A DNA stretch of 59,651 bases, filler included, from Sphacelaria rigidula (GCA_964200075.2; 3 parts of 3 records of this genome joined end to end with filler, not necessarily neighbours in it), one strand, 5' to 3'. Shown: positions 26,901 to 39,617, counted from the first letter of the whole stretch. A program made the numbers and translations. Notes: generated by a model not told the origin, from the sequence alone.

Positions 26901-29085
26901 CTGGAAGCCATCATCATCATCTGGCGGGCACGAATGGACGTCTGTGCTACGATTTTCAAGTCTTGAGACCCACCTTGGTTTTGTATTTTCACGAAATATT
27001 TGTGCCTCGAACCCCCCTGAGATCATTCACCATTTGTCATACCATGTTCCTCATCTCTCCACCGTGGTTTTTTTAGTCCTAATTCCCCTCCCCCTTGTCT
27101 CATGTCCCTGGCGAATGATTCAACGTTACCACAGGGAGTCCACGGTGTCAAGGACAAAGTCACGCTGACTTTTTTGACGCGTACTCAGGCCAATCCGCAG
27201 GTACGATCGGTGCGATCGTGGGGCTATTCGAGTACGTTGATTTTGTTGGGAGTTCTACGCTGTTAGTGTACGTATATGTCTAACTAAGATTACGTGCGAA
27301 CTCTCCCGTGCAAGCGGGACAATTAGACCTACTCTTAAAACAGTACACTTCACAATTCCCTTCAGCTCCACGTCACCCTGCGACATTTTTCATTCTTGAA
27401 AGCTTGATGAGATAGTGCAATGTTTTTCCATAACCGTTCACCTTCGACGAGGGCGAGATTCGACCTTCGACCCAAGTTGTCAGTGCCCGAAAGTATGCGC
27501 GTAATAGGCAATACGCGGAGCCCTGATGGTGGATCTGACACTTTGATTCTGAATAACGGGACTTTCTTAGGGTACACGATGAACACAGGAAACACCAGAA
27601 CGCAAGAAGGGCGTCTCTGTTTCCTTCGGGCTAGAGTTTTATTTAGACCACGTTACTGTTTATGTGGCTGTATTGCGCTTAACACATGATAACGTAAGGT
27701 TGATCAGGTAGTGCAATAATTTTTCATCACCGTTCACCTGCTTGTTGTCATCTGTTTTCTGCGTTCCGCATGGCGCTTTTTTCGTCGGCCTTTCTGTGTT
27801 CCTTAGATTCGATTTCCCGCGGTTCGAGGTTCCGGGAATTCAACAGCCGATCCGCCGCGATTTCATGAATTTTGAAGCCGATTTTTTTTTGTCTGTCCGA
27901 TCAACAATATTCAGTGTGTTTCATCCACCATTCCGCGCTCTCAACGTTCGCGTTCTTGAATACAAATCATGCCACACACATGCCAGACCTTCCTCTCCTA
28001 CTCATCACATATAACACAGTTTCATAGCCGATACACACATCAAATTCCTGGCTCAACCTCTTGGGAGGAGTCACTACCTTTACCATATCCCAAATTGAAT
28101 TGATTCCTTTCCACGCCTTTCGCGGAGGACGGGGATCCTTGTATTATATATAAATATGTTTCACACCCCCGGCAATATATGGTCAAAAGATGCAATCGAC
28201 CAAAGATGTACTGAGTTAGGTATACGAGGTTTCAGATTAGGTCCTCGTTCCATTGAGTTGCTGGCTCTTGGCACTTGCTGTGAGCAGTCGAGACAGTGGG
28301 CTCCCGTTCAACCCCTGCAAACGGATGTTTTCATGTACACCCGTATCGCGACTGAACGTGAATAGGTCGTGCGCTATGATGCCGTGGGAGCAGGGCCGTT
28401 GTGGTCCTCGAGCAAGGGCATGCCAGGGGAAGCAGATGTGCCTCCTTGTTCGCGCTGCGGCCGCGCCCGGAAATTTGAATTTCAGGTAACGGTGGCTATG
28501 TTTGAATCACTGATGGTCATTTTTTTGGGTCGCATGTTTTCATGAAGGCCGACACGAAGTGTTGAAAGCACGGTCGTGAGCTATTGCGCTACCTCATCCT
28601 CAAAGACCGCTGCGGATGGCTCAGTTGAACGTACCACCCATGTGCAGAATGATCTCGAGCACGTCTCTCTTCGTGGTCTTTCGTCCATGAATCGCTCTCG
28701 CCCTCAGCACATTCTGTAAACAAGTGGACTTGGCACGCACGACATTTTGACTTTGTTTTCCCCTCTCTCAAAAATCACATATTTATCTCAGGTCATGCCG
28801 CACCTCCTTTACTTTCTGGGCGTGGAAGCGAATGCTACCGTATTGAATCCCCAAACCGCAGGGCCGGGGCCATGCCCACGCCCGTTCGCACCCAGCACAG
28901 GGAAGTGTATGGATTGGGGCACGTTGGCCGTGTACACGTGTCCTGCTAGTTGCAGTACTGGCGCCGGTCGTGGTACGGATGCCGGTAGTGAAGAGGACGG
29001 GGCGATTGCAAGCGGCAAAGATGGCGGCGGCACGATCGTCGAGGCGTACGTCGAGGAGTTCGTTTGGCGGCAGCCGCCACCGTAA
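23974..29085 (+). CDS. PDCD2: PDCD2 / Zfrp8-family protein with MYND zinc finger and PDCD2_C domain, 5'-partial, 9 exons
   Basis: Exons 23974-24057, 24439-24507, 24716-24835, 25105-25275, 25501-25699, 26716-26777, 27135-27200, 28366-28485, 28792-29085 splice in frame to TAA. Motifs: WLNPRDLP..CGDCKHPLSFLVQLYCP..FHRCLYVFCC, RCQLPRSNDFY, MYND CCVCG..CSKCKQARYCGREHQAEHWKMGGHKESC, QVVRY..PLW..CSRCGRARKFEFQVMPHLL, DWGTLAVYTC..YVEEFVW. The first exon was not identified. Confidence 0.93.
26222..26459. mobile_element. piggyBac-like MITE (238 bp) in a PDCD2 intron
   Basis: TTAA|CCCT...AGGG|TCAA ends with imperfect ~40-bp TIRs (cccttttggaacggttggtgaaaaagtgacgatttacaa vs cccttatggaaccgttgatggaaaagtgacgatttacaa). 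Confidence 0.8.
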
Positions 29086-29745
29086 TGCGTGCTCGCGTCG
29101 TTTGGTGTGCCCTTGACTTTGTGTAGCCCCTATCGTAGCGTGTCCTAGATGTAAAGTGAATGAACCCGTACTTTTCAGTAGTCGAAGCCAGTTTAAAAAA
29201 TGCTGGAGTATATCAAACTCCGCGGTTGTGAGGAGAGCCGGTTCGGAGTGTCTTGGTGGTGGTGTGGCCGAGTTGGCACTGGTCGAGGTGCCGATGAAGG
29301 ACTGTTGGTAGCTGTAACGACGTAAATTCAATCAATGACGACACTTACAGGGAGGCAACAAGGGAAAGACGATTAGCAAGGTAGTTACGAGCCAGCTGTG
29401 AAACCGCGTGATAGGGTTTTGTCTGCTCAACGATGGCGGGAGTTTCACGCCACCTATTTACGCGTACACTGTCACTGGCTCGTTCGCACACTGTAGAGCT
29501 CTGTAGCTGCAGAGCTGGAGGAGCAAGTGCTGCTATGAAATCCATCACGTTTGGCAAAAACTACATGTACGTCAAGAAAGGTAAATCCAACTTGTCCAGA
29601 TTGAACACAACGAACTAAGCATACTAACTATTTCGTTTCGTATAGCACATACCGCATACTTTGGCGCACTAGCGCACCTACAACTGTACACATCAAAATC
29701 TATCACTGCTGGAGCCATACGCACGAAACACACCTCAAGCAATCT

Positions 29746-32700
29746 TCACTCTTCATCTAAGTCGACCTCGATCCTTAACGTCGCATCGGCCGACAATGCA
29801 CCTCCCTTCCCAGTGAACCCATTGTCATCCACTGACACCAGGATTTCATGCGTTCCCACATCACACCCACTCGTCGCGGAGCATCGATAACTTAATGACT
29901 CCAGTGCCTTGTTGACGTCGTCGATGCCCCCGCTGAAACGTAACGTGGGATCAGAGATCCCTTCCCCCAATGAGAAAGATAAGCCCGCCCTTGCTCCTAG
30001 GCTCAGACGCCCGCTTGCAGCAATAACATTAACTGTAACGGGACCCTCAATCTTCAATCCACCGGCGCTGTAGTAGGCCGTCTCTCGAACGTCCGGATCT
30101 TTCACCGTCAGTAACCCCCCCGCACCAATCCCGACCGAATATTCAAGCGTTGTCCTCATCCTATCCCATTTGAAGTTGACCGACGGTGGACTATTAACGG
30201 GGGACAAAAACACATGAATAGCAGCTTCTGTCGTTCGCGGACCACCAAGTGCACATGGCGCCGTTGTGATTGCCGCCGTGGCGTTAAATTCAGACCTAAT
30301 TGATGAATTGAAACCCTCATCACCGATGCATGGAGTAGGGTCATCTGTGACCGTAACCCGGATGGCGTCTTCGCCAACCATGCCCTGCAAACCCCGGTAT
30401 CGTAAATCTCGCATAGCACGATTGATTTCTCCTACTGTGCCCTTGAATCGAAGGGTGGGTGACGGCGATAGAGCTGGAGATTCTATTGACGTCGATGTGT
30501 TAGTACTGTTGCGGTAGGTTTCGCCGAAGCCACCAAGTGTGAGACCGAAGATGCTACCGAGAATGAGTTCGCCCTTGTCACACTCAAGAGTGACCGTCAG
30601 CTGGTCATCGGGGCCACCGTCGACGTCGTAAACGACGAGAGCCTGTGTCCATCACAAGCAAAGGGCACCAAAATGGAAATTTAATTTGACGGCAGTTAAT
30701 CTAGTAGCAATCGCTGCAGGGCAGGTGGGGAGGGTAGAGATGCATCGAAAAGGGGGCGTCGAACACCAGCAAATTTCATCACACACGGGCGCTGTGAACA
30801 AGAGGAGCCAACAAAGCGAATTGAATGCGTTCGGTCGAAAGGTATACTTACAACAAAATAAACTGTGGTCAGCTCTTATCCAATTCTTGAACGCTCTGAC
30901 CTGAGAAATGCCTTCCCTTGTCGTGTCATTTATCCCCATCATGTGCTCCACCGCCACCAGCGGATCCTGAGTAGCGGGGAGATATAACGCCCCGTCGAAC
31001 ACGGCCATGCGAGCCGGCCTCCCCGCCAGGAGCGATTCCCGATCGGGGGAAATGTCGCCAGCTGTTCTCTGCTCAAAGGCACGCCGAGTTCCATCCCTAG
31101 TACCGTCTGATAGCCACAGTTGCGCACCACCCCAACCCTGAGCCACTCCAGATGGATACGCTGCATCGTACCCCCCTCCGTTTGCTAAAAAGAATAACCT
31201 CTCACCGCCACTGGTAGAAGGTGAGTTAAGTGGCGTGAAGAACGATGGGAATCCTCCTGGTGATCCCGGCCGAACGTCAGCCACGAGGACCGTGCCAGCG
31301 GTTGTCCCGTCTGTCACCCACATTTCCGGCCCGGTGGTACAGTCATCCGCTTGGAAGAACACCTTGCCCTCCCACGCAGTGAGGTGCGACGGCATAGAAC
31401 TCCTTGTCCCCGGACATATATCTGCCACAATGGAAGTCCCAGAAGTTGTACCATCGCTCGACCACAATTCGTGTCCAGACGACCCGTCATTTGCTGACAG
31501 GAATAGTAGTCCAAGGGTCGCCTCCCAGGTCAAGTACAACGGGTCCGAGCCGTGCGCCCCGAGACGTGCGTCTTTCACGAGATAGGTACCGGCCCCACCC
31601 GAGACGGGAAACCCTAAGTCCGGCCGCGGGTCGAGATACCCTAGGGCACCATCGCTGCGCCATAGCTCGCGGCCATTGATGCCATCGTCTGCCGTGAAGA
31701 AGAGGATCGTTTCGCTCGCCGCGACAAAATCCCTGGGCTTGGAGCCAACGTGCCCACGAATGATATCCTTCCAAAGTGAGAAAAGAAGAGAGCAAAAACG
31801 AAGACTCGTTCAGATTTAGATGAAGAAAATGAACGATTAGTGTACCATTCAAGAGTGGCTTGCAATGTATGAGATTTCTTCAAGAGTAAAGCGATGGTGG
31901 ATGGCCGTGTTCCTGCCACGGGAGCCCTGAGCCAGCACGCGAGCTCCATCTGGGGTATGGATTCCGATCTATGACGGAAGTGTGGGATCTACGATTATGT
32001 GGAATGTTGGAATTTTCTACATGAGCACCCAGCTGTGATTGAGGTTCGTCTAAGGTATTAATTGAGTGTACGGCTATATATATATATATATATATGTATA
32101 CATACTCGAGACATGAGCCCCCATGAGCCCCCATCTGGAAGATAAATGTCTATCCAAGATATCCATCTGGAAGGTGGATGCTCATCTGGGAGATGGATAT
32201 CCATATTGGAACCCATCTCGGACATCGTATTTGAGACCTAGACATCCATCTGGGATGATAATCTGGATATGGGATGTCCACGTGAGACGAACCTCAATCA
32301 CAGCTGGGTGGTTTTTGTTCCGGATGCAGATCCCTCTAGCCACTCAACCCTAACCCTAACCCTAACCCTAACCCTAACCCTAATCCGTATCCAACTTGTG
32401 CGCTGGTCGTCGTTCACTAGAGTAGCGTCCGCTCTCAGAACGTCCTGTGTGCTAGTAGGGAGTACGTTTATTTTTGCTAGCATGCGCTTGAAGAGCACAG
32501 TGCAGAGTACGATTGCACGGCATAAATTTTGGCGGCGTGAGCTGAAAGGACGTCGAGCAGCGCTCGCAGATACAGACGTCCCAGATGGAATTGGGTCATA
32601 GGTGGATGTCCCAGAGAGATGTGAAGTTCAAGATGGATACCCCCGGCGAATATCTAGATGGACTTGAAATCGCAGATGGACGTCCTGAGTAGGTCCTCAC

Positions 32701-35700
32701 GTCTCAGGTGGGCATCCCAGTCGCAGTGGGGTATCCATGTTCCAGATGGAGTTTGCACGATAGTGCAAGTGCGTGCCTGTGACCTAACATTATTCAATTC
32801 GGTCTACGTGTATCGTCGGTGGCTTTACCTGCCAAGCTCATGTAATATATACACATTCATTTGTACCCACCTCGACGAGGTCTGCGCTGCCCGAGTTTTC
32901 ATTCCACCGGAACACTTCTATCCCTGTCAGGTCTGTATGCGCAGCGAAGAACAGTGCTCCGTCGAAAACAGTAAGGAAACTAGGAGAGGATCCCGAGATT
33001 CCAGCACGCAGATCGTCCACCCTGCGTGTGCCCCTGCCAGTGCCATCTGTGCGCCAGAGTTCTGCTCCCGCACGGCTGTAACAACCACTGTCCTCTCGCT
33101 CGCCCCACCGGCAGGGGCCAGTCGCTGCTAACCCCGTGATCGTTGTGAACTTCAACGGCCCTTGTTCGCCCGCAACGCACACGATACCGGCGAAACTCGA
33201 AATCTCTTCGTCGTGATCGATTTCCGGGCGGTGGGAATCCCTGCGTCCGGCATGTTTATATGCTCCGGTGCTGTGTGGGCATGTTTTGCGTAGACAGGGC
33301 ACGTCGAGGCGCGGCGACGAAAAGTAAATGGCACGGCCTACAGTACCTAGTGCTGCTCTGCCAAAAGTGCATTCGGTGCATATTTAGTTTCATACGTTCG
33401 TGGTCTCGAGGGGTCAAGTCATATTTCCGGTATTTGCCTACCAACGAGCATTAGATCATCCTAACATGTGAAATCAAACGCGGGAAAAAATATTCTCCAA
33501 GCCAAACCCTGATAGAATGCTTACCGTTGACTGTCAGAAAAGCGGAACCGTACGCGAGAACGCCCTCCCCATGAGTAGCCGCTCCAGCCACACTGTCCGA
33601 AGTAGGCCATGGGCTCAGCCGAGGCTTCTTCGCGATCATCTCCGTGAGATCCCGGGAACAGCAAGAACCCCTGTTCATGTGAATCGAGCAAACGAACGTA
33701 GTGTGAAGGTATTCAAGACAGCGTAATGACATCTGTTTCTCACTGGTGGGCTTGCATGTTTCGAACCATCACCGGATCGTATCCCTGATAAAAGCCGTGG
33801 GTACTGCCTGCCGTGTGTCTAGCTCCCATGTGTCTAGCTCGAGATGTACTGAAAGCTCTAGTATTCACGCACGGTGTTTCATTGTCAACAGGTGGTAACT
33901 GTTTAGGTCGAACATTCGCAGCGCGTGCTGATACCTTACATGGCATCTTCATGGGTCTACACATCTTCCAGTGACCAGAGTATACGCTATACCTGCTTTG
34001 TGTTGGCATGATGGAAACCGTCCGGACAGTCATATCTAGCACCTGGATCCCACTCATCCTGAATGCAAGATACGGGAAAACGGCGCAGTCAACAACGAAA
34101 ACGGCAACCAAAGTGTTCATCGAATAGTCAAAACTTCATGTGCCTATGGCTTCGGGGAGTACTTCGCTACCAACCTGGTCAGTCATACACAAGTCGCAAG
34201 GACACTTGACCGCTACATCTTGTACTTTCCGTGCTATTTGCGCGCTTTAACATGATTTTATCTTGGTTTTAGTACGGCCGCGTTTGCTCAGATTTTAGTG
34301 CACAAGGCTCAGAAACCTGAGAAAATGTGACATTCTATGTCACCGGACACGTCTCGTTTGTGGCTGACCTACCGCGGAGGTTGATGAAGCCTTCCTCAAC
34401 TCACCTCCGACACGGCGAAATACACTCTTGGGTCAAACGAGCTCTGTCTGAAGCCCCCACAATGATCTTGGTGCTCAAGCGGCAACATCCATCCCGTGTC
34501 GACACCGTTCGCCTGTTGTGCCGGCACCGATTGCGATGTCAATGAGGTAGCGAGTGCACGAAGCGTGGCGCAGATGAAGAAAAAAAGCTTTCATTCGTTT
34601 TTCTTCCTGGAAGTGATGCCAACTACCACCATTAGCTTGCCTTTACCCTGTCGAATATAAAAAATTCACGCTGTCACGCGCCAACGTATCAAAATTACAC
34701 CAATTTAGTTGGTTCCACGTGTGACAATACCATCGCTATTTCGACACACCATCCTTCGGTAGGCCCTCCCCCGAGTAACTTACCTGGAAATACAAGTAGT
34801 CCCCAAACGGTGTCAGGTTGATAGGAGCTCCACTCTGTTCCCCAGGGAAAATATCTTTCACCAATACTGTTCCACTCGTGGTTCCATCGGTTCTCCAAAG
34901 CTCGGCTCCGTGATCAGCATCCGTTGCCTGCCGATATCGCACAGATTTGGGTGTGCCACCGGTTGAGGGCGACGGTGGTGTTTCCACCCTCGGCATGATT
35001 GGTGATCTGATGAAAGGGGAGTCTAGTAGCTTGAAACAAGATTACTCATAGGTGTCAATCTGCATATATGCGCTGCCGCAGGTGAGAAAACCAGTACTGG
35101 ATCAGTGCAACACTACGTTAGCACCCGCCACAATTCGAGCCGTACCTGGAAATACAGACTTCCCGCCCAAACGGCAAAGTGCCGAGGGGATGCATCTCCT
35201 ACCCCTTTGTTCAAGTCAGCAACAAGCGTTTCCTTCCACTGCATCTCAGATGTTTTCCCCCAGCTTCCGGCATCTTTTCCGGGAAAGACGCCCTGACTTC
35301 GCCAGAGTTCGATCCCCGTCCTCAACGGAAGATATGCCGATGCTTCCACCGCCGCGACGAAGGATCCCCGCCACTCTGCCCCCGTGAGACGCCTCTCCTC
35401 CCCTTCGTCCAGCTGCACTATATCGTGTCCACCATCAGCAAAGGGCAGCAGAATGGTTGGCGCATCGTTCACCGGGAGGACAGAGATGGGAACCGTAGCT
35501 ATACCTTGCGCCGAACTACCGGTGTCGATGCCCGCCACTTGAGATCCCAAACCTTGCACGGGGTCCGTCGCCGACCCTGAAAACCCCCCGTCAAACGTCT
35601 CCACTTGTACTAATGCACCGGTGCCGTAGAAATTCTTGTCCGGAGTAAACTTCAACGATTGCAAAGCGGCATTGGCATCGGAGAGTGACGCGCTGAAGGT

Positions 35701-38700
35701 GATTGTGCGCGCGGCATCCAAGAAACTCGCGCTCCACGGAGCCCAATCTCCCGTGATATCATCACGGAATAGTAGACCAGTGAGATCAGGTCCCAGAGAG
35801 CTCGGCTTCCATGGATGGCGACTATTTCCCGGCTCTACCCCGGCCCGTGTACCATGCCAGGCGAGCGAAACGGTACCATGCAGTGCCGTCAATGTAATGG
35901 TGACAACTGCCAGTTCGCCCCCAGCTTCTGCGAGATCAACGTCACGAATTGCGAAGCCCGGTAGCAATAGTTGGGCGTCCTCAGTAACGAACTCGCGCTT
36001 GCCGTACCTTGCACTAGGAGAAAGCAAGTCCCCTGTACGGAGCATAGCGTGGAAGCGTGGAGATGGCGGCGTGACTACCGGTGGATCGTTCACCGCAGCA
36101 ACGCGGACGTGCATGGTCGTTTCTGCGACCAAGGGTGGCAAAATTGACTCAGCTTCCGCACCATTCGCAGCGTCGTCGACTCGTGATTCCTCCACGTGAA
36201 TGTGCACGACGTCAACACCGTTCCAGTTGATATCCGGCCAGTACGTCATAGCCTCCAACGCGCGGTTGCAGTCGTCTAGTCGCCCTGTGAATCTTGCCTC
36301 ACGCCACCACGGTACCGCTGGAGCTCCAGGATAAACACTCGGCTTCGGGATAAGCATGCTGTTGTCAGCGCTCACAGCAGAAAATCGGGCTCCTTGGGTG
36401 AGGGACACCATTGTCTTCCCCTCGACCGACGTTTCATTTGCAGGCGCAGCTGCAATCTCAAAAGCTAGGCCCGCTGTTTTAGGGAAGAAGATTCTTCCGT
36501 TGCCGACATCAACGGTAACTTGAAATTGTTGACCGCCGACACCAACGGGGTAGTCGTCGTAAGAAGTGCCCGAGGAAATACCGAGGATCTGACTGTGTAA
36601 CTGGCGTGGGTTGACGTCTGCATCGTACAGAGTAACGTTGTACAAGTCCATGCGACCGTCTTCCAACATCTCCAACGGCGGGGCCGGCGCCGTCATCCCG
36701 ACACCAGTGACTCCCGACGTGGACACAAGTAGAAGCGGAGCATCGTCAATAGGACGTATCTCAACAGGTATCCCCCTGGCATCTTTCCCGGGTCCGCCGC
36801 TACCCGTGAAGCCCCGGTCATCTACCGATATAATCACATCATCGAAGCCACTCCAGTCAGGATCAGGGCTATAAGTTATGAGGGCTAGAGCGGCGTTGAT
36901 GAGGTGCAATCCACCGCGCATGTCTAACTGATGTGCCGTTCCGTCGGGATCTGTTCCTTGAAGAAATAAGATGCCGGGAGGTGCGGTGGTGCCCGTGGAA
37001 AACCCCAGAGAGCCATGCTGCGCCTCCACTTTAACATCAATTTGAGCCCCCGGTCCTGCCTCTTTTACATCGAAATCTTCAACATAAATACCTTCCAGGG
37101 TCATTGGTGTGTCTTCGGACCCAATAACGCGGTCAACGGTGGTGATCCGACGACACTGACGAACAACAGGAGCGGGGTGTTGCGGGTGAGGATTTCCTAT
37201 TTTGCCCCCCCGGGAATCGCAGGGCTCGTGCACATAAGTTGCCCCGGGTACGTGCACCTGTGGGGGGTCGTTTCTCCCCGCGGCCACCACCACAACCACG
37301 CGGGCATGAGAGGAGAGCCCTAAGGGGTCTTCGGCGGAGAGATGAATACCGTCTGCCTGCTCGGAATGGTGCACGGAGCAGGTGATGGGAAAAACTCGGA
37401 TTGCTCATCAATGGTTAGCTCATTTGTGTTGCGAGGTGGGAGACAATTGACTATAGGAGACTCATTAGGCTTAATTGCATGTTGCAATAGCGAACGTCAC
37501 AAGTGGGAATCACATAATAAATCCACTCCCTTTTGCTCCCAAGCGCGAATAGTAGGATGTGAAGAAAAGTTGTTTGACCTACTTATGACAAGGTTTCGCT
37601 CTCTTTGGAAACATTCTCGCCTGCTCAGACGATGTCCAATCCTGTGGCGGATAGTAAACGAGGCCTGATAGTGCGTCGTTCAGCGCGATCTCCGTGCCTA
37701 CCACAACCAAACTCCCGTCTACATATCCGTCCTCGTCAGTCCCAGTTTCGATGTCCACACGGGCTTGCGAAGCATCGAGCAATGACAAGTTTCCTTTCTC
37801 AGCCCATATCTCCAGCCGAAGGTATTCTTCGTTGTCGGGATCGCTTACAGAAACCTCGTGAACGACCATTGCTTCGTCCTCGGCAGCCATAAGCGGGTAC
37901 TGCGGGGCCGACCACCAAGGGCGGTCTGGTATGGAGCTGACCACCACTGTGACAGACTGTTGGTCGATCAGCCCGGGCCCATCTCCTCCGCGAACCTAGC
38001 GCCCAGTACGCAGAGGAGGTGTAGGAAATGAGGGATCACTCTCGCACTTCATGCATCGAAGCATAGACTACTCGTTTAGTACTCGTTTAGTAAATTGCGC
38101 AGTGTGTTAGTTGCCGACTTTACGTGTACAAGGGCCGTCGATCGAAAATAGCCACGATGGATATCAAATATCCACGACACGCGTTCGAGATCCAAGAATG
38201 TAGACAGGTATTAGCTGCGGTTAGATTCCATACGACCGTGATCGACGGCTCCAGATGACAGCAAACATGGCACAAATAGCATAATGGGTAAATCCCTGAT
38301 AACTGGTATTGTGCATGCCACCAGATAGACCTATATGGCGGGTCGATTGTCTTACCTCGCTTGACCAACCTCGGTCATCGGCCGTCACCACGATTGTGTC
38401 GTTCCCGCTCCACTGCTCGTGCGGTCGGTACTTCAATCCGACCAACGCCGTGTTAGCGTCGTCAAGGCCGGCATAGAAGGCGGCGAATCCGTCGAAAGAC
38501 AATTCTCCAGACCACATGCTTGGTTCCCCAGAAACAAAACGTAGGCCTTCTACTGTTGAAAGCGACAACGTGCCGTTTCCACAGCCGAGTGTAACCAAAA
38601 TAAATGACCCGGAGAACTCTGCAAGATCTACATCTGTGTAGAAAAAAGCACGGGGTACGAAGGTTTTGAGGGCAATAAACGCGACGCATGCGTCAGTCCA

Positions 38701-39617
38701 AATGCTATAACAGTACACGAGAAGGCCATCGCCATGAGATCATATGAGGCGACCAAGCAAGTTACCGAGTAACGAAGGCATTGTAAAAGTGACGATGATC
38801 GTTCGATTCTTATGTCTAGCACATCACTCAACGATACTGCCGAGGAAGCCTCGAAGCATGTTGCCAACACACTTCACCATGATGTTGTCGACGATTACCA
38901 CTAAGCCTTACCGTGCGCTGCAACAAATCATCAGTGGCTATCAAAATATTCTTATGGCACTTTTTCGATCGTGCGCGACACCTAACCTTCCTGTTTCACC
39001 TGATACAGACACTTCCGAAACATCGAGCGAGCCGTCTTCATCCACGTAGAGCGGGGTTGCTGTGGCCAATTCTAAGTCTTCCGCCTCGGGCCAGCGGACA
39101 GATGACGGACGACGGAACGCTAGGCCTGGCAACCGCACCCTAGGAGGGTCGTTTACCGCCACGATTTGAACCCTGCATGCCGTCAGAGTAACGGATAAAT
39201 GTCGGGTTATGCAAAGGGTTGAAACCCTCAAACACGGATTCGCCGCAGAGCTAGGAAGAACGCTGGAAAAAAAGGCGATTTTCTCAATTAAAATAAGCAA
39301 CGTCGTCAGAATATTGCTCGACCACTCATGAGCACCCACCAAAACTTGTTCTCAGCTTCCACGGCCACGGGTTCCAGTCCGCCCAGTCCCACATGGCTGT
39401 TGCTCGAGCGGACGATTATCGCGTTGGGAATGCTTCCGAGGGTATTCCATTCAGGGTCCCCGCGGTATACCGCGTTCCGAAGGGCCATGTTGACGTCACC
39501 AGTGTGCCCGATGAACACTATATACTCGTTCGCGACCCCGTTGCCAGCGACGAACTCAAGGCCAGCTCTGCTCGCTAGGGTGACCAGACCGTGAGGAGCG
39601 GAGATCTCCACACGCAC
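29746..39617 (-). CDS. Large probable extracellular protein: cadherin-like repeats plus ELWxxDGT beta-propeller, 5'-partial, 12 exons, >=1980 aa
   Basis: Exons in transcript order: 39617-39340, 39172-39000, 38633-38356, 37995-37621, 37356-35146, 34927-34784, 34512-34405, 34058-33993, 33670-33525, 33270-32871, 31767-30901, 30642-29746. All are phase-compatible, total 5943 nt, ending in TGA. Repeated VNDPP / ED / DxD / Y.P..dW.G.D motifs occur with about 8 ELW-type repeats (ELWRSQG, ELWRTDGT x2, EVFRWN, ELWRSDG, ELWSSDGT, EMWVTDGT, QLWLSDGT). Confidence 0.88.
31939..32756. mobile_element. Non-autonomous TIR element in an intron of the ELWxxDGT gene
   Basis: Imperfect TIRs (gcgagctccatctggggtatggattcc vs gcaaactccatctggaacatggatacc). 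CCATCTGG-like motifs cluster on the left and CCAGATGG-like motifs on the right. Confidence 0.6.
32346..32381 (+). repeat. Interstitial telomere-type repeat (AACCCT)6
   Basis: Six perfect units read directly; this is TTAGGG on the minus strand. Confidence 0.9.

Noticed and set aside
32346-32381. True chromosome end
   Set aside because: Only six units, inside an intron of an intact gene.
33770-33810. Extra micro-exon in the ELWxxDGT gene
   Set aside because: The flanking exons already join in phase 0 (NTKQ|GFLLFPG), and no frame here gives a convincing fit.
29746-39617. Bacterial contaminant or recent HGT carrying an ELWxxDGT gene
   Set aside because: It has eleven phase-consistent spliceosomal introns and sits on the same contig as PDCD2.
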